Shown piece after piece: positions 8,480 through 18,786 of a stretch of 64,000 nt of DNA. The notes beneath the pieces are model-generated. The model saw nothing but the letters and a program-made list of their open reading frames with translations. It was not told where the DNA came from and searched no databases. The position numbers and the translations under genes are program-made. The stretch covers positions 1 through 64,000 of the IMG/VR virus record IMGVR_UViG_3300023174_005548, one strand, 5' to 3'. Every line of letters starts with the position of its first letter. The first letter of the stretch is position 1. The DNA comes from a virus.

Positions 8480-9106
8480 ATGAGCGCATTAAGAGATATT
8501 CAAACAATTGATTGGATTTTCAAATATAACACCAGAATCTTTTTTGAAACTGGCACAGGATTAGGATCAGGTTTAATGAGAATGATACAGCCTGAGTATG
8601 GACAAAAATTACTCATTTCATGCGACATTGATAAGGAACTAGCGGATCATTCTAAAAGAACATTTTCTTTTGATGGTCGAGTAAATATTTTTCATGCTGA
8701 AGGGCCAGATTTATTAAAATCAATACTTCCAAGATTATCATTAAATGATCCAATTTTCTTTTGGCTAGATAGTCACTTTGCAAATAGCGATTACAATCTT
8801 GGGCATAAACCACTTACCAAGCATTCTGATGGTGATCCAGAAACTAGACTACCAGCTTTAAATGAATTAAAAATTATCAAGGAACTTAGAATAGATAAAG
8901 GAGCAAAGGATTTTATTCTTCTAGATGATGCGATGTTATATGATCAACAAGATCGTTATGAAGATTCTGTAGCTAGACTTGGACCAAATGCTGTTCCAGC
9001 AGAATATAGAACTATTTTAAATAAAGCAATTGAATTATTTAAAAACACTCATACTTCACAAGTAATAACAATTGCCCAAGGATTTTTAGCTCTTCATCCA
9101 AAATGA
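8480..9106 (+). CDS. Putative SAM-dependent methyltransferase
   Basis: FFETGTGLGSG, FFWLDSH and ILLDDA; AGGAG RBS upstream. Confidence 0.65.
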   Translation: MSALRDIQTIDWIFKYNTRIFFETGTGLGSGLMRMIQPEYGQKLLISCDIDKELADHSKRTFSFDGRVNIFHAEGPDLLKSILPRLSLNDPIFFWLDSHFANSDYNLGHKPLTKHSDGDPETRLPALNELKIIKELRIDKGAKDFILLDDAMLYDQQDRYEDSVARLGPNAVPAEYRTILNKAIELFKNTHTSQVITIAQGFLALHPK

Positions 9107-9792
9107 ATAAAAAAATAGAATTAATTATTGTTTGTAAAAATTATTCAGATTTTTTAGAAATAACATTACCTTTAAATAAGAAGCATTTTGATAATACCAT
9201 TATTGTTACATCTTTAGACGACAGCGGAACACAAAATTTATGTAAAAAAGAAGATGTTAATTGTTTAATATATCCAGATTTTTATAAAAATAATTCTAAA
9301 TTTAATAAAGGTGGAGCAATAAATTTCGCTATACATAATTTAAAATTTAAAGATTGGGTTGTATTTTTAGATTCAGATATCATCATGCCAAACAACTTTA
9401 GGGAATTATTAGATATTAATACGATAGATATAAACAAATTTTATGGTTCTTATAGAATATTTATACCAACACATAAAAATTATAATGATTTTATCAATGG
9501 AATCAAAACTAAAGAATGCTTTGAATCAATAGATGGAACTGGATGTGGATTTTTTCAATGTGTAAATTTAAATAGTGATATAGCAAGATATCATGGAATA
9601 AATAATTTATATAAAGATAGTTATTCTGCGGATCAAGTAGATATAGATTTTCTTAAATTATGGTGTCCTAGACCAGATCCAGAAAATCACCCAAGATTAG
9701 TAAAAACGAATATAGAATTTATTCATCTTGGAATTTCAGATGGAAAACATCATCAAGGTAGAAATGGCAAGGATCCATTTTTTGAAGAATAA
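9103..9792 (+). CDS. GT-A (GT2-like) glycosyltransferase
   Basis: FNKGGAIN, WVVFLDSDI (DxD), GFFQ. Confidence 0.75.
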   Translation: MNKKIELIIVCKNYSDFLEITLPLNKKHFDNTIIVTSLDDSGTQNLCKKEDVNCLIYPDFYKNNSKFNKGGAINFAIHNLKFKDWVVFLDSDIIMPNNFRELLDINTIDINKFYGSYRIFIPTHKNYNDFINGIKTKECFESIDGTGCGFFQCVNLNSDIARYHGINNLYKDSYSADQVDIDFLKLWCPRPDPENHPRLVKTNIEFIHLGISDGKHHQGRNGKDPFFEE

Positions 9793-9793
9793 A

Positions 9794-10144
9794 ATGTTAA
9801 AAATTTCTTTAGATTACGGTTATGCTTTTGATATGCTTGCAATTTTAGAAGTTAAAAATTTATTTTTAAATAAAAAAAATGATAATTATCTCAGGTTATA
9901 TAACGAGATAGAATCACAAATTGGACAAGAGAAAATGGAAACTATATTAAAAAGTAAAGAGTATAAACATTTAGTTGTAACAAATAAAAAAGTTTTTGAT
10001 TTAGTAGATAAAGCTCAAAAAGCAGATGGTCTAGCTAAACAAGTAGATTCTGCGAATTATGAAAGATACACAAGCAAAATAAATTTACAGAAAACCTTTT
10101 TTGATACAGAAGTAACAGAAATAAAAATAGGCTATAATAAATAA
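9794..10144 (+). CDS. Hypothetical helical protein of glycan clusters (DUF6165-like)
   Basis: ISLDYGYAFDMLAILEVK...N...ERY..K pattern. Start ATG 9794 follows directly after the upstream stop. Confidence 0.45.
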   Translation: MLKISLDYGYAFDMLAILEVKNLFLNKKNDNYLRLYNEIESQIGQEKMETILKSKEYKHLVVTNKKVFDLVDKAQKADGLAKQVDSANYERYTSKINLQKTFFDTEVTEIKIGYNK

Positions 10145-11023
10145 ATGTCTTTAAAAATTAAAACATTTGGATGGAGAAATCAGAACCTTGACCAAATCTC
10201 AAGAATAGAAGACGCTTTAATTTCTTTAGGACATCAAATTGTTGAAGAGAATCCAGATTTTATATATTCTCATGATTTCACAGAAATAGATAAAGCTTAC
10301 GAATTTAAACAAAAAAACCCTAACGCTAAATATTTTCAAAAAGTTTTAGATTTACCAATTCATTTATTTAACACTGAGTTTTTTGATTTAAATAAAACTA
10401 AAGAAAAGCTTGTTAGGGCAGATTTTATTCTAAGCAATAGTCAAACAGTTAAAAATAACATTAAAAATTATTTAGGTTTAGATAGTTATATAATTTATGA
10501 TGCTATTAAACAAGTAAGTAATCTTAACTCTAAAAAAGATATACCATTTTTATATGTTGGTCGCGCTAATGATCCTAATAAAAGATTTTCCTTAATAAAA
10601 GATTTTTTTAATCTTACAAAATTTGATATAAATAAATTGACTATTGTTGGACCAGACAACCCATCTTTCGGAATATACGAGGGTATTGTAGATGATTCTA
10701 CTTTAAATGAACTATACAATAGATCAAAATATATTATATTTCCAAGTTTTATTGAAGGAATAGGTTTACCACCAATAGAAGCTTCTATATGTAATTGTAT
10801 ACCAATACTATGTAATGACAACGAAACAGCATTAGAATTTTGGGATTTTAAATTAACATGTGATCCAAATGCTTATTCAATCGCGGGTAAAGTGTTGGAT
10901 ATTGAAAACAATTATAGTTATTATTTAAATATAACAAAAAACCATGCACAAAATTATATCAATTTTTTTGATAAATCAACAATCGCTCAAAACATTATAA
11001 ATGCATTTAACGCTTTAAAATAA
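10145..11023 (+). CDS. GT4 (GT-B) glycosyltransferase
   Basis: FLYVGR...K and FPSFIEGIGLPPIEA (EX7E motif). Confidence 0.85.
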   Translation: MSLKIKTFGWRNQNLDQISRIEDALISLGHQIVEENPDFIYSHDFTEIDKAYEFKQKNPNAKYFQKVLDLPIHLFNTEFFDLNKTKEKLVRADFILSNSQTVKNNIKNYLGLDSYIIYDAIKQVSNLNSKKDIPFLYVGRANDPNKRFSLIKDFFNLTKFDINKLTIVGPDNPSFGIYEGIVDDSTLNELYNRSKYIIFPSFIEGIGLPPIEASICNCIPILCNDNETALEFWDFKLTCDPNAYSIAGKVLDIENNYSYYLNITKNHAQNYINFFDKSTIAQNIINAFNALK

Positions 11024-11026
11024 ATA

Positions 11027-11055
11027 TTGCATAGCTTATAAATAAAACATATAAT
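11027..11055 (+). promoter_or_regulatory. sigma70-type promoter (leaderless)
   Basis: TTGCAT-N17-TATAAT, 7 nt before ATG 11063. Confidence 0.72.
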
Positions 11056-11062
11056 ATAAAAT

Positions 11063-12019
11063 ATGCTAAAACCTCTTTTGCTAACAATGACTCAAGAGCG
11101 TAAGGAACATATCTCTTTAATGATAAAGAATATTTATCCTACTTTTGATGGAATTGTATCTCTTGTTAATTTGCCAAGTAATGATGGAACAATAGAATTA
11201 TTAGAAGCCAATAAAGGCAACGGCAAAGTAATAACTCAAAATTGGACTCCTAATCATGGATTTTTAATGAATCATCTTCTTTTTTATGGTGGAATTAAAA
11301 ATGGACAATACTGTGTTTATTTGGATTCACCAGAATCAATGACGGATCAATTTATTTCAGAATTACCAACAATATTAAATGATTTTGAAAAAAATGATAT
11401 AGGCGCACTTTATTGGGACCAAAGACCATATATTTTTAAATATAATCCATATATGGAATTTCATGGAGCAGTTCATTGGGGATTAACTAATATAGGTGGT
11501 CGAATCATTACAATGGATGATAAAGACAAATATATCATCAACAAGAGGAAAGATACGCCAAAGTATTTTGGATCAATAAATGGATCAAAATATTATCTTT
11601 GTTATTATTTAGGTAATGATATTCAATTAGTTTATGGTAAATATGGACAAGAAATTGTAAATCATCATGAAACACTAAGAAGAAAATTCCAAATGTATTG
11701 TAAATATAAGCTTAACTTAGATATATCTACCTTAGATGATATGGTTAAGTATATGACTAAAATTAAAAATAAAGAAGTAATTCCAGAAGAATATTTTATA
11801 GATATGGTAGAACTAGAATTTAGGTTAAGCGAATTATTTCAAATAGAAGTTTTAGGGCAAGATTTCATGAATGACGTTGTTCGTTTCCAACCAGACGGAA
11901 GCCAGCTAAGATATACATTTTCTTTTAAAGACTATCTCGCTGGTGGATCTGGTTTTCCTGAAAATTATCTAGGGACTATACTAAAATATAACAGACAATT
12001 CAAAATCAAAGACGATTAA
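11063..12019 (+). CDS. GT2-like glycosyltransferase
   Basis: SNDGTIELL, VYLDSPE and FHGAVHW resemble GT2 DGT / LDADE / F.G.VHE motifs. Confidence 0.55.
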   Translation: MLKPLLLTMTQERKEHISLMIKNIYPTFDGIVSLVNLPSNDGTIELLEANKGNGKVITQNWTPNHGFLMNHLLFYGGIKNGQYCVYLDSPESMTDQFISELPTILNDFEKNDIGALYWDQRPYIFKYNPYMEFHGAVHWGLTNIGGRIITMDDKDKYIINKRKDTPKYFGSINGSKYYLCYYLGNDIQLVYGKYGQEIVNHHETLRRKFQMYCKYKLNLDISTLDDMVKYMTKIKNKEVIPEEYFIDMVELEFRLSELFQIEVLGQDFMNDVVRFQPDGSQLRYTFSFKDYLAGGSGFPENYLGTILKYNRQFKIKDD

Positions 12020-12022
12020 TTT

Positions 12023-12787
12023 ATGAAAATAGGAATTATTTATTGCGCTTATAATTGTTTAAAATATTTAAATGATAGCTTGAATTCTTTTACTCAAGCC
12101 AAAGAACAAGGACTCATCAGTGAAATTTCCGCTGTTTCACTACCATTTTTTGAATACTTTGAAATTAATAAAGAAAATGATGGAACAACAGAAGCTCTAA
12201 TAGAACTTTATAAAAATAAAAAAATAGACCATGTTTTCACAAATCCATTATATATAAAAGAACATACCGCAAGAGATCTTTGCTTGCAATATCTTAAAGT
12301 TAAAGAATGCGATTTAATTTGGCTTGTTGATGGGGATGAATTTTATACCATACAAGATATACAAAATATAATAAATTTTATAAAATTAAACGATAACTAT
12401 TTTTGGTATACAATTAATTTTAAAAATTATATATTCGATGGAAAACAATGGATAGACGGCTTTTGCCCGTCCAGAATATTTAAAACAAAATTTAATGACT
12501 TAAGTATTGATTCTTTTTATTGGGATAATGATATTTTATATAAAGATCTTAAAAATAATAAATTTAATTATAAAGATTTGACTAAATTAGAAGTGCCTAA
12601 AGATGTTGCACATATAAAACACATGACTTGGTTACATGAAAATGGCAAAGATAAATATGAATATCAAATAAAACATTTTGGATATTGTGGTTATAAATGG
12701 AATTATGATGAAAGCAAACTAGAATTTGATAAGGACTTTTATTTGAAAATAAAGCAAGAATTGCCTAGTATATATTACGAAAATTAA
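12023..12787 (+). CDS. GT2-like glycosyltransferase
   Basis: NDGT, ARD..L, IWLVDGDEFY, IKHMTW. Confidence 0.7.
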   Translation: MKIGIIYCAYNCLKYLNDSLNSFTQAKEQGLISEISAVSLPFFEYFEINKENDGTTEALIELYKNKKIDHVFTNPLYIKEHTARDLCLQYLKVKECDLIWLVDGDEFYTIQDIQNIINFIKLNDNYFWYTINFKNYIFDGKQWIDGFCPSRIFKTKFNDLSIDSFYWDNDILYKDLKNNKFNYKDLTKLEVPKDVAHIKHMTWLHENGKDKYEYQIKHFGYCGYKWNYDESKLEFDKDFYLKIKQELPSIYYEN

Positions 12788-13600
12788 ATGAAAGCTATAG
12801 GATTTAATCAAGGGCAAATTGGGGATCTAGGAATGAATATGATAGCTTGTAGAGCCTTCAAAGAAGCCCATCCAGAATCTCATTTGACATTTGGAATTAA
12901 TAAAAAATATCAGTCAATTGCGCCAATTTTTGAAAAAAATGAATTAATTGATGAGATTAAGATTTGGGAAAATTATGATAATTGGCCTAGCCAAAACGAT
13001 AAACAATATATTCTAGATAAAAAGTTTGACAAAGTATTTAACCCAATGCCTCAACATAAATACGATAACTGGTACATTAAATATCATCACACTGAGGCAG
13101 TTTGCATGATGCATGATCTTATTCCGCCTAAAAATTTACAAATATCTTTTAATAGATGGTTTGAGTTAGATGAAAAATATAAAGATTGCGTAGCTTTAAC
13201 ATGTTTTTCTAGCGTTGGAGAGATTAGAGACATTCCAAAAGATTTTGCAAATAAAATAATTGATTATATACATTCTTTAGGGTTAAAAACTATTCAATTA
13301 GGATTAAAAGATCATCCAAGATTAAATACTACATATGAACCAATTGGTGGAAGTATATTTGATGATATAAAAATTGCATTATCTTGTAAGTTTTTATTAA
13401 CAACAGATACAGGCATGAATTGGATAACTTCTGGTTATAAAGCTAAAGTTTTAGCGCTTTATTCCTGCTTATCTTATCCAGTCTATGCTCCTATAATAAA
13501 TAGGGCACCAAGAAATCCAAATGCAATATATTTAGAAAATTATAATATTCAAGACATTGATTTTGAATTAATAAAGGATTCTATAAATAAACTTATATAA
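12788..13600 (+). CDS. GT9-like glycosyltransferase
   Basis: GQIGDLGM and LTTDTGMNWITSGY...VLALY. Confidence 0.7.
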   Translation: MKAIGFNQGQIGDLGMNMIACRAFKEAHPESHLTFGINKKYQSIAPIFEKNELIDEIKIWENYDNWPSQNDKQYILDKKFDKVFNPMPQHKYDNWYIKYHHTEAVCMMHDLIPPKNLQISFNRWFELDEKYKDCVALTCFSSVGEIRDIPKDFANKIIDYIHSLGLKTIQLGLKDHPRLNTTYEPIGGSIFDDIKIALSCKFLLTTDTGMNWITSGYKAKVLALYSCLSYPVYAPIINRAPRNPNAIYLENYNIQDIDFELIKDSINKLI

Positions 13601-13604
13601 AATT

Positions 13605-14411
13605 ATGAATAAATACAATACAAAAATAACAAAAATCGAGAATGTACAAGAAGTAAATTATGTTGAAGAATTTAATTTTCAATTTAGAGATTTCAATCAT
13701 AATATAAAATATCTACATTATGCTCCTCATCGTTCTTTAGAAAATATGGAAAATGATCCATATATGAAAGGTTTTTTTGAATTTGTAACAAAAGTAGCAG
13801 AGTTTATTCCAGATGGATCAGAAGTAATAGATATTGGAGCATATGATGGAGATACTTCGTTGCCATTAGCTTTATTGGCTGGGAAAAATGGAAGATGTAT
13901 TAATTTTGAATGCGGTCCAGCATGGCAAAGACTTCAAATTAATACTGCTTTAAATAAATCTTTAAATACAGAAAATTATAATTATGCAGCCTCAAATCAC
14001 GATGGAATTGATCAATTTAACTATCAAGGTGATGTTGGTGGATCAAGATATAAAACAGATCACGTTGGCACATATCCTCTTAAAAGATTTGTAAGAACGA
14101 TTGATCTAGAAAAGTTTTTAGACACCTTAAATTTAAAAAATTTAAATTTTGTTAAATTAGATACAGAAGGATTTGATGTCCCTATATTATTTTTCATGCA
14201 AAAATATATTGATCAATTTAGACCTATTGTACACATCGAATGGTTTCCAACCACAGAGCAAGATTTATTGCAATTTTTAGTAAGTAAAAATTATTTTGGT
14301 GTCGATTATTATACATTAAAAACTTTTGATAAATTACCAAACTATTGGATCCAAGATTTACTTCTAATTCCTAAAGAAAAAGAAAATAATTTTCCATCAT
14401 TAGTTAAATGA
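13605..14411 (+). CDS. FkbM-family methyltransferase
   Basis: VIDIGAYDGD, FE and FVKLDTEGFD...RPIVHIEW. Confidence 0.85.
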   Translation: MNKYNTKITKIENVQEVNYVEEFNFQFRDFNHNIKYLHYAPHRSLENMENDPYMKGFFEFVTKVAEFIPDGSEVIDIGAYDGDTSLPLALLAGKNGRCINFECGPAWQRLQINTALNKSLNTENYNYAASNHDGIDQFNYQGDVGGSRYKTDHVGTYPLKRFVRTIDLEKFLDTLNLKNLNFVKLDTEGFDVPILFFMQKYIDQFRPIVHIEWFPTTEQDLLQFLVSKNYFGVDYYTLKTFDKLPNYWIQDLLLIPKEKENNFPSLVK

Positions 14412-15247
14412 TTTTTATATCAAAAAATCGTAGCCAAGAAGATTTTGAGCTACTTGGTAAAATATGCTATGATACTTTAACTCAAAATATTGACTTAAAA
14501 CAACCATCTAATCATTTTTGTGGTATATATTTTGAGGGTAGAGACAGAGATATAAATACTCTAGAAGATTTTGCTGTAATTCATAGTTTCAAAATATTTT
14601 CTGAATATAATTATCCTATTTTTGTTTTTAGTCCAAACTCTAATAACTTATTGAATAATCATCCTAGATATAAAAACGCTAGAATAGAACATATTCAAAT
14701 ACCAATACAAGATAGTCATGATAAATATTCTAAATTTATGCTTCAAGATATTTGGAAATATCTTCCAAAAGGATTTGAAAATTTATTATTTTTTCATCCA
14801 GATGGATTTTTAATTAAAAAAGGATGGGAAGAATTTATCTTAAATAATAAATTGAAATACGTTGGTTCTGCTTGGTGTCACACGCCAAGTATTGAAATAT
14901 ATGAAAACAATAATTGGAAAGATTTAGGGTATCCAAAAATTCATTGTGGAAATGGTGGATTTAGCTTTAGGTCTAGAAGTGCTTGCGAAAAGGTAAGTCA
15001 AATTTATAGTCAATCTATTTTAAGAGAAGCTGGCACTCAAGGAAATAGAGTTCCAGAAGATTTATTTTATAGCCATTTAATTAATGGACTTGAAGGTGGA
15101 GTAGCCAATATACTACAATCCATGAAATTTTCACTTGACCCAATTACATTAAATGAGTATAATAATAAATTAAGCTTTGGATTTCATTATCCAAAGAAAA
15201 TAAATGAATATCAACAATATAGGAATTATTATTTAAATGGACTTTAA
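14408..15247 (+). CDS. DUF5672-like putative glycosyltransferase
   Basis: FHPDGFL, YVGSAW, GNGGFSFRS, PEDLFY, FGFH. Confidence 0.75.
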   Translation: MIFISKNRSQEDFELLGKICYDTLTQNIDLKQPSNHFCGIYFEGRDRDINTLEDFAVIHSFKIFSEYNYPIFVFSPNSNNLLNNHPRYKNARIEHIQIPIQDSHDKYSKFMLQDIWKYLPKGFENLLFFHPDGFLIKKGWEEFILNNKLKYVGSAWCHTPSIEIYENNNWKDLGYPKIHCGNGGFSFRSRSACEKVSQIYSQSILREAGTQGNRVPEDLFYSHLINGLEGGVANILQSMKFSLDPITLNEYNNKLSFGFHYPKKINEYQQYRNYYLNGL

Positions 15248-15926
15248 TTTATTTCACATCAACAATGAGAGTATTTTACCCATAGTTCTATTTGGGAAAA
15301 ATAGAAGCGAAGAAGTAACGCTTTACCATAAAAAAGTTATGGTAGACCATTTTGGTATACCTTTTAATTATTTAACTGGGCCATTCCCATATGTATCTCA
15401 TGGATTATGCATGGATCAAATTATATTATCAACAATTGATTCAATAAAACCAGATTATTACTGGTTTTGTGACCATGACGCAATTATTCTTAAAGAAGAA
15501 TGCGTAGATATTATGTATAATTTTGTAAAAAATAAAATGACTATTGCTGGTCAAATTTGGCAAAGTAATCATAAAAAGGGACCAAATGGAATGATTCCAC
15601 ATCCTTATGTCAGTCAAGCATTTATATGGTTTCCTACAAAACTTTATAATGAATTAGGCAGACCAACATGTGATGATAAAATCGAAAGATCAGATACTGC
15701 AGAAGAAATTACATATTTAGCTAAAGAAAAAGGATATTTTATTGCTGGATGTTATCCTTCTAATTCTGTAGTGGAAAATACTGATCTTGATAATGGATGT
15801 AGATATGGGTTAGGTAATACATATGGTCCAGACTTAATGTATCATGTAAGCCAACAAGATAATCCAAGAAGCACAGAATTATTTGTAGAAAAATGTAAAG
15901 AGGTATTAAATGGAAAATTTATATAA
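15237..15926 (+). CDS. GT-A-like glycosyltransferase
   Basis: SHG..MD, YWFCDHDAIIL (DxD), DTAEE; lies in the glycan island. Confidence 0.6.
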   Translation: MDFNLFHINNESILPIVLFGKNRSEEVTLYHKKVMVDHFGIPFNYLTGPFPYVSHGLCMDQIILSTIDSIKPDYYWFCDHDAIILKEECVDIMYNFVKNKMTIAGQIWQSNHKKGPNGMIPHPYVSQAFIWFPTKLYNELGRPTCDDKIERSDTAEEITYLAKEKGYFIAGCYPSNSVVENTDLDNGCRYGLGNTYGPDLMYHVSQQDNPRSTELFVEKCKEVLNGKFI

Positions 15927-17217
15927 AGAAGATATTAAAAATTTTATAAGTCAAATGGTAGAAAAATATGGTTTTTTACCTAAATTTGCTCATAATTTAA
16001 ATCCAGAATTAAAAAACAAAGTATATTATTCTGGAGCATATTTTGATAATAATGAAATTTGTGCTGCCATAGAAACATTACTTTTTGGCAAATGGAGTTC
16101 AAGTGGCGAAGTATGCGCTAAATTTGAAAAAGAATTCAGTAAAAAAATAAATCAAAAGTATTCATTTTTTACTAATTCTGGATCTTCGGCAAATCTACTA
16201 CTAGTTGCAGCTTGCAAAGAATACTACAAATGGAAAGATGGAGATGAGATTATTGTATCTTCCGTAGGATTTCCAACTACTGTTTCAGCGATTATCCAAA
16301 ATGGGCTAAAACCAGTATTTGTTGATATTGAATGGAATACATTAAATTATGATATCAATAAAATACAAGAAAAAATAACAAATAAAACAGTAGCAACCTT
16401 CTTGTCTCCAGTATTAGGTAATCCACCAGATATGGATCAATTGTTAAATATAACAAATTCTAATAATATTAAATTACTCTTAGATAATTGTGATTCTTTA
16501 GGATCAAAATGGAATGGCAAGTACTTAAACGAATATGCAGAAGCTTCATCTTGTTCATTTTATCCTGCGCATGAAATTACCACTCTAGAAGGAGGAATGG
16601 TTTCATCTAATCATGAAGGAATTGTTCAATTAGCTCGAAGTTATGGAACTTGGGGTCGTGATTGCTACTGTGTTGGTACTTGCAATTTGTTAGCGAATGG
16701 TTCTTGTGGAAAGAGATTCTCTAATTGGCTTACAGATTTTCCAGAAATTATCATAGATCATAAGTATGTATTCAATAGAATTGGTTATAATCTAAAACCT
16801 TTAGATCTACAAGGAGCAATTGGTTTAGAACAACTTAAAAAGTTAGATTTTATTTGCGAAACTAGAAGTAAAAATTGTCAAAAGATTTCAAATTTATTCA
16901 TACAGAATATTAAAAATATTAGATCAGTCAATGTTTTAGATCAAACTGATTGGACTCCTTTTGGAGTCCCATTGATTTGCCAGAATAAAGAGCAAAAACA
17001 AAAACTAGTTTCTTATCTTGAATCAAATGGTATACAAACTAGAAATTATTTTGCTGGAAATTTATTAATGCATAATGGTTATAAACATTTAGATAGTTAC
17101 AAACTATATACAGAGTCTAATAAAGTTCTTGATTTAGTATTCTTTGTTGGATGCGCGCCAACTATTTCTGAGCAAAACATATCTTATATTGAGAGCGTTT
17201 TAATTAAATATGAATAA
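15910..17217 (+). CDS. rfbH: NDP-4-keto-6-deoxyhexose 3-dehydrase (RfbH/DdhC E1, PMP- and [2Fe-2S]-dependent)
   Basis: TNSGSSANLL, DNCDSLGS, SFYPAHEITT (His in place of the PLP Lys), WGRDCYC...C...CGKRF Fe-S motif, DHKYVF..IGYNLKP, TRNYFAGNL. Confidence 0.9.
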   Translation: MENLYKEDIKNFISQMVEKYGFLPKFAHNLNPELKNKVYYSGAYFDNNEICAAIETLLFGKWSSSGEVCAKFEKEFSKKINQKYSFFTNSGSSANLLLVAACKEYYKWKDGDEIIVSSVGFPTTVSAIIQNGLKPVFVDIEWNTLNYDINKIQEKITNKTVATFLSPVLGNPPDMDQLLNITNSNNIKLLLDNCDSLGSKWNGKYLNEYAEASSCSFYPAHEITTLEGGMVSSNHEGIVQLARSYGTWGRDCYCVGTCNLLANGSCGKRFSNWLTDFPEIIIDHKYVFNRIGYNLKPLDLQGAIGLEQLKKLDFICETRSKNCQKISNLFIQNIKNIRSVNVLDQTDWTPFGVPLICQNKEQKQKLVSYLESNGIQTRNYFAGNLLMHNGYKHLDSYKLYTESNKVLDLVFFVGCAPTISEQNISYIESVLIKYE

Positions 17218-18022
17218 AATAAGTGTTTTTGGTTCTACTGGCTTCATAGGAAGCAAATGGATGGATTTATATTCGGACTCATCCTTTGCAGAAGAAAGAT
17301 CTTCAATTTTATCGAAATATAAAGATATACTTTATTTTCGTGGCACGAATTCTAATTATTCAGTCTTTAAAGATCCAACGATAGAAGTTAAAACAAACCT
17401 TTTATTGTTAACTGAAATGTTTAAAAATTTAACTCCAGAACATTCTTTTAATTTAATATCCAGTTGGTTTGTTTATGGCAAAAATAATTGTGAAATCAAT
17501 AGAGAATCTGATCGCTGTAATCCCAAAGGATTTTATTCAATAGCAAAGCTTTCGCAAGAGCAACTATTAGGATCTTATTGTGAAACTTTTAATATTAAAT
17601 ATAAAATTTTAAGGTTATGCAATATAATTGGCAAAGATAAAAATGCTAGCCCTAAAAAGAATGCTACGGAATATATGATTTCAAAATTAAGAAATAACGA
17701 AGAAGTTAATGTTTACGAAGGGGATAATTATAGAAATTTTTTAAATGTCGAAGACGCATGCCGCGCAATTAAACTAATTACAGATAATGGCAAAGAAACA
17801 ATATATAATATAGGAAGTAAAGAAAGTACAAAAATGATAGATGTTATTGATTATTGTAAAAATAAATTAAATTCAAAAAGTAAAATTAATATTATCGAAA
17901 GTCCAAAATTTCATCGGCAAGTACAAGCTAAAAATTTCCATATGAATATAGATAAATTAGAATCTTTAGGATTTAAACCAAAATATTCTTTAGAGGAAAC
18001 TTTAAATATATTATGCAAATGA
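17210..18022 (+). CDS. NAD-dependent epimerase/4-reductase (extended SDR)
   Basis: VFGSTGFIG, ISSWFVYG, YSIAK, LRLCNIIG. Confidence 0.85.
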   Translation: MNKISVFGSTGFIGSKWMDLYSDSSFAEERSSILSKYKDILYFRGTNSNYSVFKDPTIEVKTNLLLLTEMFKNLTPEHSFNLISSWFVYGKNNCEINRESDRCNPKGFYSIAKLSQEQLLGSYCETFNIKYKILRLCNIIGKDKNASPKKNATEYMISKLRNNEEVNVYEGDNYRNFLNVEDACRAIKLITDNGKETIYNIGSKESTKMIDVIDYCKNKLNSKSKINIIESPKFHRQVQAKNFHMNIDKLESLGFKPKYSLEETLNILCK

Positions 18023-18786
18023 AATATAATAAAATAAATATTTATCTTAGGCAAACAAAATTAAATAAACCAAATAGCGGTAGACCAAAATGGTTTGATT
18101 ATGAAAAAGTTTTTAAAAACTTATTATCAACAACTAATTTTAATTTTTGTGAATTAACTATTTGTTTTGATGGAACTCAAGAAGACTATAACGAACATTA
18201 TACAGCAAAATATCAAAATCAATTTCCATTTAAAGTTAAACTGATAAGCACAAAAGATTTTAAAGGAGAAAGCTATGAAAAAGATGGCTCTTCTAAATCA
18301 TTATCTTTAGTATCTCAAATTATTAAAAATGATAATTTACCAGATAATTGTTTAATTTATATTTTAGAAAATGATTATCTTCATCAAAACCATTGGGCAG
18401 AAATGACTTTAGATTTGTTTAATTTATACATCACAAATAATTATTATATTTCTTTATATGATCATTTAGACAAATATATCTTTAATCAAAAAAATAAAAC
18501 AGATCATTGGGGAATGTATAAAAATTTAAAATCTAAAATAATTTTAAGTTCTTATTTACATTGGAGAGAAGTTCCACTTATTTGTTCATCTTGGATTATG
18601 CCGAAAGAATTATTCGATAGAGATTATGATCTATTATCTTTTGGAACATCAGATAATACATTTTGTGGAAAAACTTCGGAAAAATATCAAACAAAATTTT
18701 TAACTCCAATTCCATCTCTTTCAACGCATTGTCAAATGCCATTTGTTTCTCCATTTATAGATTGGGAAAAGATTATTAATTTATGA
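18013..18786 (+). CDS. GT-A-like glycosyltransferase
   Basis: IYILENDYLH, ISLYDHLDKY, PIPSLSTH. Confidence 0.6.
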   Translation: MQMKYNKINIYLRQTKLNKPNSGRPKWFDYEKVFKNLLSTTNFNFCELTICFDGTQEDYNEHYTAKYQNQFPFKVKLISTKDFKGESYEKDGSSKSLSLVSQIIKNDNLPDNCLIYILENDYLHQNHWAEMTLDLFNLYITNNYYISLYDHLDKYIFNQKNKTDHWGMYKNLKSKIILSSYLHWREVPLICSSWIMPKELFDRDYDLLSFGTSDNTFCGKTSEKYQTKFLTPIPSLSTHCQMPFVSPFIDWEKIINL

